A stretch of DNA of 64,000 bases from IMG/VR virus record IMGVR_UViG_3300049137_000145, positions 1 to 64,000 of that record; one strand, written 5' to 3'. This DNA is from a virus. Below the pieces are notes generated by a model. That model was not told the origin of the DNA. It made no database searches and saw only the letters and a program-made list of their open reading frames with translations. Shown here piece by piece: positions 26,661 through 35,967 of the stretch (positions are counted from its first letter, which is position 1; each line of letters starts with the position of its first letter). The translations under genes were made by a program, and so were the position numbers.

Positions 26661-28478
26661 TCAGAGCTGGTGGCCCACGGTCTGGCCGGCGGAGCCCGAG
26701 CCGTTGACCGCGAGCGTCGCCCGGTACAGACGGGACTCGTGACCGACCTTGGCGACCAAGTGCGCCTCCTCGGCCCACAGGGCCGTGAAGTCGTTCTCCG
26801 CGTTCAGCACGCTGTCGCGGATGACACCGAGGTCGAGCTGGAGGCCGTTGCCGTGCAGGAACGTGCCGGCCGCGTACATCATGAAGTCCACGCTGGTGGG
26901 CCAGGCGGTCATGTTGGTGTCCACCCGGCCGAACTGCCCGGCGCCGCGCACCTGCCAGTCGGAGACGAACTGCGGGCGCACCGACCGGTCGGTGAACCAG
27001 GCGATGATCTGCGCGTCCGACACCGACTCCCGCTCGACGTTCGTCCGCCAGGCCAGGTCGGCACGCAGCACTGCGAGCGTCCAGCGCGGCAGGACGACCT
27101 CCAGCACCGCGTCCTCACGCATGGCGAACTTGGCGCGGTAGTCGATGGCTGCCAGCTCGATGCCGTTGAGCAGCGTCTGCACGGCCGGCTTGTTCGCCCC
27201 GCCCAGCGCGATGGCCGCCGTCGACCGGGCGACCATGAGGGAGATCAGCCGGGCGTTGATGACGTGCGCGTAGGCGGCGCGCAGCAGCCGGATGAAGTTC
27301 TGCGTCGCTTCCGGATACGCGTCGTCGGTGAGGTTACCGGCGGTCAGCGAGATGCCGTACGCCTCCAGCCGGTCCTCGTTGAAGGTCGGGCAGGGGACCC
27401 TCAGCGTCGGTTTGTTGACCGAGCCCGTCACCGTGGCGATGTCGTCGTCCTCGGTCCACAGCCACGGGTCCGAGGCGTTGGAGAAGGCGACGCCGAAGCC
27501 GCCGAAGCCGGACGCCGGGTTGGAGCCCGCGTTCTGGAAGAACACGTCGCCGATGGACGGGCTCACCGGGTAACGGATGCCGCCCCGGGAGACGCCGACG
27601 GTCGGCAGGTCGATGAGGCCCACCGGCGTGTCGGCGATGTTGAAGAAGTCGTAGGAGGTCTCGGACGGCGCGCACCAGCCACCGCCGGCGAGCAGGGCCT
27701 CGCCCTTGCCGCCCTCCTGCGTCATCGAGTGCCACAGCTCCTCCACCGTAGAAGCGGAGGTGCGGTCGTCCACCGTGTGCTCGAACTGGTTGCGCAGCGA
27801 GGCGACCAGGTGACGCGGCGCCCCGCGCTCGCCGTACTGCGTGGTCGGGATCGCCTTCGCCTTGGCGCGGAACGCCTCGGACAGGGCCTCCAGCGTGGGC
27901 AGGGTCTGCCCGGCGCCGACACCGGGGATGTCCACCGATGCGGTGACGGCCATCGCCTGCGCGGTCGGCACTTTCGCCTGCGGGGCACGCTCGCGCACCT
28001 GCGACAGGGAGGCGACGCGACGGGCCGCTATGCCGGAGTTGCCGTCGTAGATGACGGACGCCACGCCCTTGGCGACAGCTTCGGCCATCGCGTCCAGGCT
28101 GACACGGCCGCCGGCGGTGACGGGTGCGGCGCCCTCGCCCCCGTCACCGCCTCCGCCGTCCTCGCCGCCGTGGACGGACTGACGGAGCAGCGCCATCTGA
28201 CGGGCACGCTCCTGCTGTTGGGTGGTGGCCAGCTCCTCCGCGCGGACGGCTCGCACGCGCAGCTCGGCGCGGATGCGGTCCAGGTCGCCGGTCAGGCGCT
28301 GGGAGTAGGCGATGTGTTCGGGGGCGAGGCTGTCGAGTCCGGCGATGCGGTCGAACTCCGCGACCGCCCGCGTCTCCAGCTCGCGCAGGTCCGACTCCCC
28401 CACCAGTGAGAGGTCGTCGGGCGCGGTGAACAGTTCGGGTTCCGGCACGTCAACCTCCGGGAGAGCGGCCGAGATCAA
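26661..28478 (-). CDS. major capsid protein with a fused N-terminal scaffold-like coiled-coil domain
   Basis: 605 aa. About 270 aa of helical, Gly/Asp-rich N-terminus followed by a capsid-like C-terminal half (GGWCAPSE...). It lies after the portal and MuF genes. Confidence 0.75.
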   Translation of the reverse strand: MISAALPEVDVPEPELFTAPDDLSLVGESDLRELETRAVAEFDRIAGLDSLAPEHIAYSQRLTGDLDRIRAELRVRAVRAEELATTQQQERARQMALLRQSVHGGEDGGGGDGGEGAAPVTAGGRVSLDAMAEAVAKGVASVIYDGNSGIAARRVASLSQVRERAPQAKVPTAQAMAVTASVDIPGVGAGQTLPTLEALSEAFRAKAKAIPTTQYGERGAPRHLVASLRNQFEHTVDDRTSASTVEELWHSMTQEGGKGEALLAGGGWCAPSETSYDFFNIADTPVGLIDLPTVGVSRGGIRYPVSPSIGDVFFQNAGSNPASGFGGFGVAFSNASDPWLWTEDDDIATVTGSVNKPTLRVPCPTFNEDRLEAYGISLTAGNLTDDAYPEATQNFIRLLRAAYAHVINARLISLMVARSTAAIALGGANKPAVQTLLNGIELAAIDYRAKFAMREDAVLEVVLPRWTLAVLRADLAWRTNVERESVSDAQIIAWFTDRSVRPQFVSDWQVRGAGQFGRVDTNMTAWPTSVDFMMYAAGTFLHGNGLQLDLGVIRDSVLNAENDFTALWAEEAHLVAKVGHESRLYRATLAVNGSGSAGQTVGHQL

Positions 28479-28566
28479 GCGATGTCAAGTCGGCGCGCAC
28501 CGTACATACAAACGGCCGAATCGCCAAAAGTCACAAGGACCCCGACGATTCGGCCGTCTGCGCTGA

Positions 28567-28629
28567 TCAGCCGCCAATCGGGGGCGGCGGTGGCGGTGGG
28601 GGAGGGGCAGGGCGGTTGCAGCCACACAT
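28567..28629 (-). CDS. poly-proline mini-ORF (20 aa), possibly a leader peptide
   Basis: MCGCNRPAPPPPPPPPPIGG. AAGGAG lies 8 nt upstream of the ATG. It sits between the MuF-fusion stop and a 12-bp-stem hairpin (28512-28557) ahead of the capsid gene. Confidence 0.35.
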   Translation of the reverse strand: MCGCNRPAPPPPPPPPPIGG

Positions 28630-28634
28630 GTCGA

Positions 28635-31600
28635 TCACTCCTTTCCGTGTACCTGACGGGACAGGGACGCCAGGACGCGGCGGTATGCCCACTGATCCAG
28701 CTCGTCTTCGGTCAGGCCGTCGTGGAGCTGCGGGATACCGGCTGCGACCAGGGCGAGTTGCTGGCCGAGTGCCGTGCGGGTCTTCAGCTTCGGCACGGGG
28801 AAACCGGGGACGTTGACAGCGAGCAGGCCGACCAGGCGCAGCGAACCGCCGATGCGGCGCCAGTCGCCGGACACCTGGCCTGCGGCGCGCAGTTCCCGGA
28901 TGCGTTCCTCCGGGGTGCCGGGACGGACCGCGCCGGCCACCCAGATGCCGTGCGCGTCGTTGCCCACCGCGACGTCGGCGACGGCCGCGCCGGTGTTGTC
29001 GTAGTGGTCGGCGGCGGCCCGGTAGCCGTAGGACAGCGGGGCGTGCCCGGTGCCCACGGTGATCTGGCCGACGGAGACTGACGATCCGTCCTCCGTCCAG
29101 ACGTTGCCGGTCATGTAGTACGGGTGGGTCTCTTCGTGCGGCGGCGTGACGCACACCCCGGCCTGACCGATGTGGCAGGTGCCCCACAGCGCGGCGTGGC
29201 CGTACACCCGGCCCTCCGGGGTGACGGTGATCCCGGTCGGCACCGACAGGCCGGGGTTGGCGAACCACGCGGCCGGTGGCCGGACGGGCGCATCCACAGT
29301 CAGCGAGCGGAAGCGGGCAACCCGTGTTTCGCGCACCGCACCGATGGGCTCGCCGCCGGCGACGACCGCGCCGTCCTCATCGAGCAGGGCGATGTACGCC
29401 TCGGCGAAGGCCGGGATGTCCACCAGCGTCGCGGCCCGGATGCGGCCCTTGTTGAAAACCACCTTCTCCGGAGACGCGAACAGCATGTCGAACGGGTCGG
29501 GCCCCTCTCCGTCGGCGTCCGGGTCGCTCGGCCAGACCAGCTCCATGTCGGCGTCCTTGATGGAGTCGACGTCCACGGACACGCCGCGCAGGAACTGACC
29601 CTTGATCTTCCCGTGGACGGTGCGGCCGTCCTCGGTGGACAGGTCCAGGACGCCCTCGCCCATGATGAGGCCGCCGTCCTCGCGCCAGATGCTGTCGATG
29701 CGGCCGACGTTGACGGCGATGGTCCGGGGCTCACCGCCGTGGGAGTCCTCTTTGTTCCAGCGCAGCGGGAGCGGGAGGTCGGCCCACGTCAGAGCCTCGG
29801 GCTTGAACTCCCGGCCGTCGCCGGTCTCGATGCCCTCCACTGTGAGCGGGCCCCGCCACGGCGCGGTCTCGCCGTCGGTACCGATCTCCGCCGCCGGCTT
29901 CCCGGCCACATCCTCGGCGTCAGCCGCCGCGCCGTGGGCCAGGGCCTGCGCGGCGCCCGCCGCCTGCTGCTCCCCGATCTTCACGCACTCGCCGTCGGGG
30001 CCCGGCTCCATGCCGGGCGGGCACTGCTTCTCCTCGCCGTCCTGGTTCTCCTTCAGCCGCTTGTCCGCCGGCGTGCCCGGGTTCGGCTCACCCTTGGCCA
30101 GGGCCTCGGTCGCTTCGGTCGTCATGGACTGGTCTCCTTCCGCCGCGTCCTGTGCGGCCCGTTGTGTGCCGGCGCTCGCTGTGGTCGCCGTGTCCCGCAC
30201 GTCCTGCCAGACGGCGACAAGGAACCCCCTGCACGCGTTGCCATAGCGAGCGCCGGTGCAGTCCCGGTAACCCATGACCGGGTACTCCGCCATGGCGGCA
30301 TCCAGGGTGGTGAAGGTGCGGCCGTCGATCACCTTGCAGGGACCGCACGTCCGGCTGTCCAGGATCTCGGAGGCCACGTAACTGGATGCGGGCGGCGCGG
30401 TCTCCATCACCGCGTGGCGTCCGGCGTTCTGCGCGGCAGTCATCGCCTGGCCGACGGCCGCCCGGACGGAGGTGTCGTCCACCGTGGCCAGCTCCCGGTC
30501 GACCTCGGCCGCGATCTGCTCCGACGGGCGGCTGGAGCGCAGCAGGCCGGACAGCTTGCGCTTGGCGGCCGTCAGCAGCGCTCCGGACATGAGGTCGCTG
30601 GTCAGTTCCGCGACGGAGGTCAGCAGGCGCCGACCGGTGAGGGCGGCCACCACGGCGTCGTCCTCGTCACCGTCGGGCAGGGACCAGTCAGGCACCTGCA
30701 CGCCCTGCGCCTCGGCCTCGCGCTGGCAGGCGCGGCCCGCCTTGATGGCGTATTCCTCCATGAGGTCCAGCAGCGTGGCCGTCGCGGCGCGGCCGTCCAG
30801 GGCCAGCTCCGGGACCGAGTCCAGGTCGTCGTCGGCGAGGTCCCGGGTGATCTGTCTGCGCAGGTCCAGTCGCCAGGCGGCCGTCACCGACCGCAGCGCC
30901 CGCAGCGCCCCGGCGGTCGCCGCATCCCACTCCGCGTGCACGCCGGCGAAGTCGGCGCGGCTGGCCAGCTCCAGCTCGGTCGGCTCCCGGCGCAGCGGTC
31001 CGGCGGCGGCCGTCACGGCCTCGCCGAGCGGGATGTCCCGGTCGTCGTCGCCGAAGCTGAGCCGGATCCGGTCGAACATCACTTCACCCAGGCGCTGCTC
31101 CAGATCCCCGAGCAGGGCCGGGTCGTCGCTGTACGCCGCGCAGACGTGCGCCGACCATGGGCTGTGCTGTGGGGGCAGTTCGGGCCGGGCGTGGGTGGAC
31201 TCCAGGGCCTCGGTGACGCAGGCCCGGACCCGCAGCAGCCCGTCCGGCGGAACGTGCTCGCCGGGCTCCACGTCGCCGACGTTCCATACCCAGCACGGGT
31301 AGTCGCCGCCACCGTTCCAGTGCGCGGCGCCGAACGCCTTGGCCCGCACAGGCCCGAGCCCGTACAGCTCCACCAGCGGGCGCAGGATCCCCTCCAGCTC
31401 GTTGCGCTGGTCCTCGGTCCAGGCCGCGCCGTCGTCACCGAGGAAGAACAGCGTCAGGTGCAGCTCCTCGGCCGGCTCGCCACCCGGTATCGCCAGACGC
31501 TCGGCGTCCCCGGGCGTCGGCATGAGAGCGATCATGCACCCCTGTGTGTGCGACCCGTCGGCGGCGGCTGTCAGCGTCGGAGAGTGCTGGTGAGCCTGCT

Positions 31601-31688
31601 TGCGGACCACGGACCTGACGTCCGGCGGAAGTTGTCGGCGGAGCAGGTTGCCGCCCTCGTTGACATCTACTTCAGTGCGCGGGGGCAT
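28635..31688 (-). CDS. fusion protein: 2H-phosphoesterase (LigT)-like N-terminus, MuF/SPP1 gp7-like head morphogenesis domain, prohead-protease-like C-terminus
   Basis: N-terminus has HLTLFFLG ... PWSAHVCAAY. The middle reads ...ILDSRTCGPCKVIDGRTF...YRDCTGARYGNACRGFLV (MuF C-terminal type). The C-terminal part reads WRGPLTVEGIETGDGREF... The start may instead be ATG 31535. Confidence 0.75.
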   Translation of the reverse strand: MPPRTEVDVNEGGNLLRRQLPPDVRSVVRKQAHQHSPTLTAAADGSHTQGCMIALMPTPGDAERLAIPGGEPAEELHLTLFFLGDDGAAWTEDQRNELEGILRPLVELYGLGPVRAKAFGAAHWNGGGDYPCWVWNVGDVEPGEHVPPDGLLRVRACVTEALESTHARPELPPQHSPWSAHVCAAYSDDPALLGDLEQRLGEVMFDRIRLSFGDDDRDIPLGEAVTAAAGPLRREPTELELASRADFAGVHAEWDAATAGALRALRSVTAAWRLDLRRQITRDLADDDLDSVPELALDGRAATATLLDLMEEYAIKAGRACQREAEAQGVQVPDWSLPDGDEDDAVVAALTGRRLLTSVAELTSDLMSGALLTAAKRKLSGLLRSSRPSEQIAAEVDRELATVDDTSVRAAVGQAMTAAQNAGRHAVMETAPPASSYVASEILDSRTCGPCKVIDGRTFTTLDAAMAEYPVMGYRDCTGARYGNACRGFLVAVWQDVRDTATTASAGTQRAAQDAAEGDQSMTTEATEALAKGEPNPGTPADKRLKENQDGEEKQCPPGMEPGPDGECVKIGEQQAAGAAQALAHGAAADAEDVAGKPAAEIGTDGETAPWRGPLTVEGIETGDGREFKPEALTWADLPLPLRWNKEDSHGGEPRTIAVNVGRIDSIWREDGGLIMGEGVLDLSTEDGRTVHGKIKGQFLRGVSVDVDSIKDADMELVWPSDPDADGEGPDPFDMLFASPEKVVFNKGRIRAATLVDIPAFAEAYIALLDEDGAVVAGGEPIGAVRETRVARFRSLTVDAPVRPPAAWFANPGLSVPTGITVTPEGRVYGHAALWGTCHIGQAGVCVTPPHEETHPYYMTGNVWTEDGSSVSVGQITVGTGHAPLSYGYRAAADHYDNTGAAVADVAVGNDAHGIWVAGAVRPGTPEERIRELRAAGQVSGDWRRIGGSLRLVGLLAVNVPGFPVPKLKTRTALGQQLALVAAGIPQLHDGLTEDELDQWAYRRVLASLSRQVHGKE

Positions 31689-33513
31689 GCCCGTTCACCG
31701 CCCTCGGTCGCAGGGAGGTAGAGATCATGGCGGTGGTGTCGGCGTAGGGGCTGCGGCCGTCGATGATCAGCCGGCCGAAGGTGTCCAGGTGGCACAGGTA
31801 CGTCCCGGACGACCCGGGCCGGGCTGACGGAGTCGCCGTGGCGACCGCATGCGTGAAGGGGCACGAATATTCGTAGTCGCCGCACAGACCCGGATGCAGC
31901 AGCTCCCACCGGCCGGCGGCGCCGACGCGGAGCATGTGCTGAGTCCGGGCTTGCTGCACGAGACGCTGCGCCCGCTCGGCCGCCGTCTGCTGCGACGGCG
32001 GGCCTGTCTCGTCCTGCGTCGGCGGTGGTTCGTCGCCCCTGGACGTCCGCGCCGGCGCGGTCTCCCCGGACGACTGCTGCTCGCTTTCAGGGGGCGGGGT
32101 GTTGCCCTGCTGCACGGCCTCGGCGGTACCGGGGTCCTGCGGTGAGACGGGCACGATCTGCGGGACGTCCTCGCCGATGAGCTGGGCGATGGCAGACGCG
32201 GCGCCCGAGGGCAAGGTGCGGATGATGACCCTGAGTGCCTGTTCCTTGAGGTCGGCGTCCGTCGGCTTGTCGGACTCGCTGAAGCCCAGCTCCCGGCGGT
32301 ACGCCGCCCCGGATATCTCCAGCCGGTCGTACGCCAGCGTCGCGTTGCCGCTGCGGTCCGGGCGCAGGGCCAGCTCGCTCATGTCGTACCAGACGACCCA
32401 CGCGGCCGGGTCCTCGCCGGATGCTTCCAGACGGGGTTGGAGGTAGCCACGTGTGAGGGCGTCGCAGATCAGCTCTGCCACAGGGGCTATGTGGGTCTTC
32501 AGCGCGCCTTCCTCCAGTTGCCAGGCGCCCCAGTGGTTGACGTCGCCCATGCCCAGCAGGATCTCGGCGGGCATGTCCAGTTTGGTGGCCAGTCGCTTGA
32601 TCGCACTGTCCCGCTTCTCGATGATCTTCTCGTCAATCTTCAGCGTGAAGTCGACGTGCTTGACCTTCTCGATAGCCTCGGCCGGACCGACCAGAGGAAT
32701 GGGGACCACGGCGGACGCGGTGCCCGGGTTCTGGATCGCGGTCGCCGCGACCTCGATCCATTCGGACATCAGCGGGTTGGGGTCTTCGGCGAATTCTTCA
32801 CGGACTGGGAACGTCAGTTCATCGGGGAGCAGGATGACACCGGCCGATGCCAGACGTGACAGGTACTCCGAGGTGATTTTCCGGTTGACCAGCTCTAGCT
32901 CGCGCATGATCTCCCGGGCGCTGCGCGCGGGAGAGTCGGCGAGGTGGAAATACCGGTCGTGCGGGCGCCACACCCGGACGACGTGGTGGTCCGGGGCGAG
33001 GTCGCGCCAGTCCTGGCCGGTGGTGGCTGACTTCTCGTCCATCACCTGGTACTTGCCTGACTGGACGCGGATCTCGTCCACGGAGCGCACTTGCCAGCGC
33101 TCCATCTTGCCGTCCTGCTCGCCGACCAAGTAGCCCTCTCCGGGAAGGGAGAGCTGAACGGTCAGCCGGCGCATGAGCTGCGCCTGGCTGGTCACGCCCC
33201 CGCCGAACAGCATCATGAGGTCGGCGGCCGTTCCGCTGGTGACGATCTCCGGTTCGTCGGAGTCCGGCTGGAGCCGGGCCGCGCGCAGCCGGACGCGGGA
33301 GAGCATGTTGGACAGCCACCACACGCCGTAGTTGAACTCGCCCAGCGTCTCGTGGAAGCGCCAGACCTCCTCCTGCCACTTCTCCGTGCGGCGCAGGAAC
33401 TTGGTCTCAGGGCCGGGTGGTTCGGCAGCGGCTGCCGTCAGGGCCTCGGGCACTGGTGCGGGCAACGGGACGGGCCTGGGCGTACGGCCCCGGAACACGT
33501 CGTACCACGGCAC
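31672..33513 (-). CDS. portal protein
   Basis: 613 aa, immediately upstream of the MuF-like gene. GTG start lies 6 nt after GGGAGG. Confidence 0.75.
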   Translation of the reverse strand: MPWYDVFRGRTPRPVPLPAPVPEALTAAAAEPPGPETKFLRRTEKWQEEVWRFHETLGEFNYGVWWLSNMLSRVRLRAARLQPDSDEPEIVTSGTAADLMMLFGGGVTSQAQLMRRLTVQLSLPGEGYLVGEQDGKMERWQVRSVDEIRVQSGKYQVMDEKSATTGQDWRDLAPDHHVVRVWRPHDRYFHLADSPARSAREIMRELELVNRKITSEYLSRLASAGVILLPDELTFPVREEFAEDPNPLMSEWIEVAATAIQNPGTASAVVPIPLVGPAEAIEKVKHVDFTLKIDEKIIEKRDSAIKRLATKLDMPAEILLGMGDVNHWGAWQLEEGALKTHIAPVAELICDALTRGYLQPRLEASGEDPAAWVVWYDMSELALRPDRSGNATLAYDRLEISGAAYRRELGFSESDKPTDADLKEQALRVIIRTLPSGAASAIAQLIGEDVPQIVPVSPQDPGTAEAVQQGNTPPPESEQQSSGETAPARTSRGDEPPPTQDETGPPSQQTAAERAQRLVQQARTQHMLRVGAAGRWELLHPGLCGDYEYSCPFTHAVATATPSARPGSSGTYLCHLDTFGRLIIDGRSPYADTTAMISTSLRPRAVNGHAPAH

Positions 33514-33688
33514 GGCATACCTCCCAGTCCGGATCGTGGGGCATGGTAGCCGCGATCACCCGAATAGCCGTTTTCACGGCGAAGAGGGCGCTACGGGCGT
33601 CCCTGGCGGTACTGCTTGCCGGGGCCGCGCCGACGGTTGTCACGCTTCAGTTCCGGGGCGCGGTCGTCTCCCGTCGGCAGCCGTTCAT

Positions 33689-33728
33689 GCGGGAGCCCCG
33701 CCGGCCACCACACCGGCGGGGCTCCCGC
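33689..33728 (-). terminator. perfect 16-bp-stem hairpin
   Basis: GCGGGAGCCCCGCCGG pairs with CCGGCGGGGCTCCCGC. Confidence 0.6.
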
Positions 33729-33816
33729 GCCCCTGTGCACCCTCGACCCGAAGACGTCGGGGTCAACTGGGGCGCACCATACGCGCGAAGGTCGTTTTCA
33801 CCTACTCACACAGGAA

Positions 33817-33843
33817 AGCCCCGGGACAGGACGTCCCGGGGCT
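33817..33843 (-). terminator. 11-bp-stem hairpin directly after the 78-aa gene
   Basis: AGCCCCGGGAC pairs with GTCCCGGGGCT. Confidence 0.6.
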
Positions 33844-33858
33844 CATGGGGCGCGACGG

Positions 33859-34095
33859 TTACATCCGCGCGAGGAAGTCGAGCGCGTCGCGCTCGTTGTC
33901 CCACAGACCGTCCACGTCGGCCGGGTTGGGAAGGACGGTGCGGGCGACGTCGCGGACGGTGTAGAAGCCGGGGGTCCGCATCGGCTCCACGCTGCCCTTG
34001 AACACCTCATTCACGTACACCACCTTGCCGACCCTGGTGCTGGTCACCAGGTGAGCAGGGGTGGTGGGGGTGGCGGGGATGCTGCGAACGGTCAT
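33859..34095 (-). CDS. hypothetical 78-aa protein
   Basis: In frame with ORF 33859..34314. The ATG at 34095 is preceded by GACCAAGGAATAAGGAACCGACC, the conserved leader. Confidence 0.55.
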   Translation of the reverse strand: MTVRSIPATPTTPAHLVTSTRVGKVVYVNEVFKGSVEPMRTPGFYTVRDVARTVLPNPADVDGLWDNERDALDFLARM

Positions 34096-34141
34096 GGTCG
34101 GTTCCTTATTCCTTGGTCCGTCGGGGCCGGTTGTCCGTCCC

Positions 34142-34183
34142 GATGAATTAATTAAACCATACATCAGGTGACGGAACAACCCC
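34142..34183 (-). promoter_or_regulatory. Copy D of the promoter/operator motif
   Basis: Minus strand reads GGGGTTGTTC, 17 nt, TTTAAT, within ATGGTTTAATTAATTCATCGGGAC. Confidence 0.6.
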
Positions 34184-34187
34184 GGGA

Positions 34188-35459
34188 TCACAGACGTGCG
34201 GCCACCCGTTCGCGCAGCTCGGCGGCAGCCGGGGAATCCGGAATGGACGGCAGCCGTGCGGCTACGGCGGCCAGGCCGTCGGTGATCTTTGTGGACTGCA
34301 CACCGGCGGAGCACTCCAGGAAGTCGCCCCAGGTGGCCAACGCCCGGCCGGTGTTGCCCCGCTTGAGCTGGACATGACCGAGGTCGGCCAGCACGATGGC
34401 CCGGGTCCGGCGCCGGTCCAGACCGTGGATGTCCAACGCAAGGTGAAGGTGCTCCTCAGCAGCGGCGAGGTCCCCGAGCCGGGCGTGGATCATCCCGGAG
34501 TCGTGCGCCCACCGGCCGTGGCTGTAGTGCGACGCCCACGACTGCCCCGGCGCAGCCGGCGCGTGCTCCATCGCCCCCTGTGCGGCGGACAGCATCCGGG
34601 CAGCCGTGGCCCGGTCGCCGTCAGCGGCCTTCGCCCGCGCCAGCGTGTTGCGGTAGTAGGCCAGGGCCTTCGGGTTGTCCAGCCGCCGACCCCGTTCCTC
34701 GCACGCCTCGGCCAGCCGGACAGCGGTCGGAATATGCCCGAGGTCGATGGCCTGGTCCGCCAGGCCACGCAGCGCAGTCGCCGCCAGCTCGTTCTCCCCG
34801 GCCTCGGTGGCCAGGCGCACGGAGTACACGAGGTAGCGCTGGCTCAGCCCCACGCTGCCCTCGTCCCGGGCCATCCACCCGATGAGGTGCACAAGTTCCG
34901 CCGTTGCGGCGAACAGCTCCCGGCCCACGGCCTCGGTGTACCGCCCGTCCAGCCACCGACGGACGTCCTCGGTGAGGTAACGCACCGCGAGGTGGCGGGC
35001 GTGCCCGCCGCCCAGCTCGGAGGCCGCGTCGCCCAGGGTGCCGGTCATCGTGCGCACGGCGGAGACCTCCCCCATGCCTACGGCCACGGGCCCCGGGTGT
35101 GCTACGCGCCGGGTGATGGCGTCAGCGTCCGGCAGGTCGAGCGCCGCGAGCCCGGCGGCGGCCGACGCGGTCAGGAAAGTGCGGCGGTCCACGTCGTCTC
35201 CTCCAAGGCTCATCACAGTGGCCACTGTGTCGGTTCGCTGGTCTCCCGTCGATAAGTCGATACCGAGAGCGCGTTCGAGGTACGGCAGCCAGTCCCGGGG
35301 CTCCCGGCGCCCGGTCTCCCACCGATAGATGTCCTGTTTGCCGAGGTATCCCGGCTCGCCCCAGCGCAGCGTCGACAGCTCGTCCGCGAGCGCGGGCTGA
35401 CTGCACCGGGGCCGGCGGGCCTCGCGTGCGGCCCGGATCCGTTCACCGATTGTCGTCAT
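34188..35459 (-). CDS. XRE-family HTH regulator with a long TPR-like helical C-terminal domain; candidate immunity repressor
   Basis: N-terminal HTH (IGERIRAAREARR.SQPALADEL...IYRWETGRREP) plus about 300 aa of helical repeats. It is divergent from a small + strand operon and close to the integrase. Confidence 0.75.
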   Translation of the reverse strand: MTTIGERIRAAREARRPRCSQPALADELSTLRWGEPGYLGKQDIYRWETGRREPRDWLPYLERALGIDLSTGDQRTDTVATVMSLGGDDVDRRTFLTASAAAGLAALDLPDADAITRRVAHPGPVAVGMGEVSAVRTMTGTLGDAASELGGGHARHLAVRYLTEDVRRWLDGRYTEAVGRELFAATAELVHLIGWMARDEGSVGLSQRYLVYSVRLATEAGENELAATALRGLADQAIDLGHIPTAVRLAEACEERGRRLDNPKALAYYRNTLARAKAADGDRATAARMLSAAQGAMEHAPAAPGQSWASHYSHGRWAHDSGMIHARLGDLAAAEEHLHLALDIHGLDRRRTRAIVLADLGHVQLKRGNTGRALATWGDFLECSAGVQSTKITDGLAAVAARLPSIPDSPAAAELRERVAARL

Positions 35460-35586
35460 GATCCGATTCCTTGTTCCTCGATCAACGGGGCGGCGGCTGG
35501 CCTACCCCGGGCATACAGCCTGGCAGATTTTCACGGGCCCTGACAGAGCGTTGACTGGTCATCACACGACGACCTCGGAGGACATC

Positions 35587-35967
35587 ATGCCCGGCACTCT
35601 CGCCCTTCCTACCCTCACCACGACCGCCCGTCGCGCGGCGGAGATCCACGACGTCTGGGCGGCTGACCCGGAGATGCCTGACGTCTCCGGATGCATGGCC
35701 GATGCCGTTCGCGTGCTGGCCGTCCGGGCCGCCGTGTACGAGGCCACCCGCGACGCCGGCGCGGCGGCCCTTCCGGCACCGGCGGCCGTGGAGCTGTCCG
35801 GCCGGCTGCTGGAGCGCCAGTTCCCCGAGCTGTCCCGGGTCGCGGAGCGCAGCGGACACGTCCTCGTCCACGGAGCCGACGGCGGCCGGTGGGAGCCGGG
35901 CGGCTTCCTGCACCGCGTCTACGCCGAGGCGTTCGGCCCGGTTGCCGGGCGGCACTGGCCGGTGTGA
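35587..35967 (+). CDS. hypothetical protein, first gene divergent from the regulator
   Basis: In frame with ORF 35458..35967. ATG at 35587 follows CGGAGGAC. Confidence 0.5.
   Translation: MPGTLALPTLTTTARRAAEIHDVWAADPEMPDVSGCMADAVRVLAVRAAVYEATRDAGAAALPAPAAVELSGRLLERQFPELSRVAERSGHVLVHGADGGRWEPGGFLHRVYAEAFGPVAGRHWPV

Noticed and set aside
34096-35459. An arbitrium-like (AimR/AimP) communication system, suggested by the HTH plus TPR architecture.
   Set aside because: No short signal-peptide-bearing peptide ORF lies downstream of the regulator; 34096-34187 has no ORF. HTH-TPR regulators are also common in Streptomyces without peptide signalling. I kept only the weaker 'sensor-type immunity regulator' finding.
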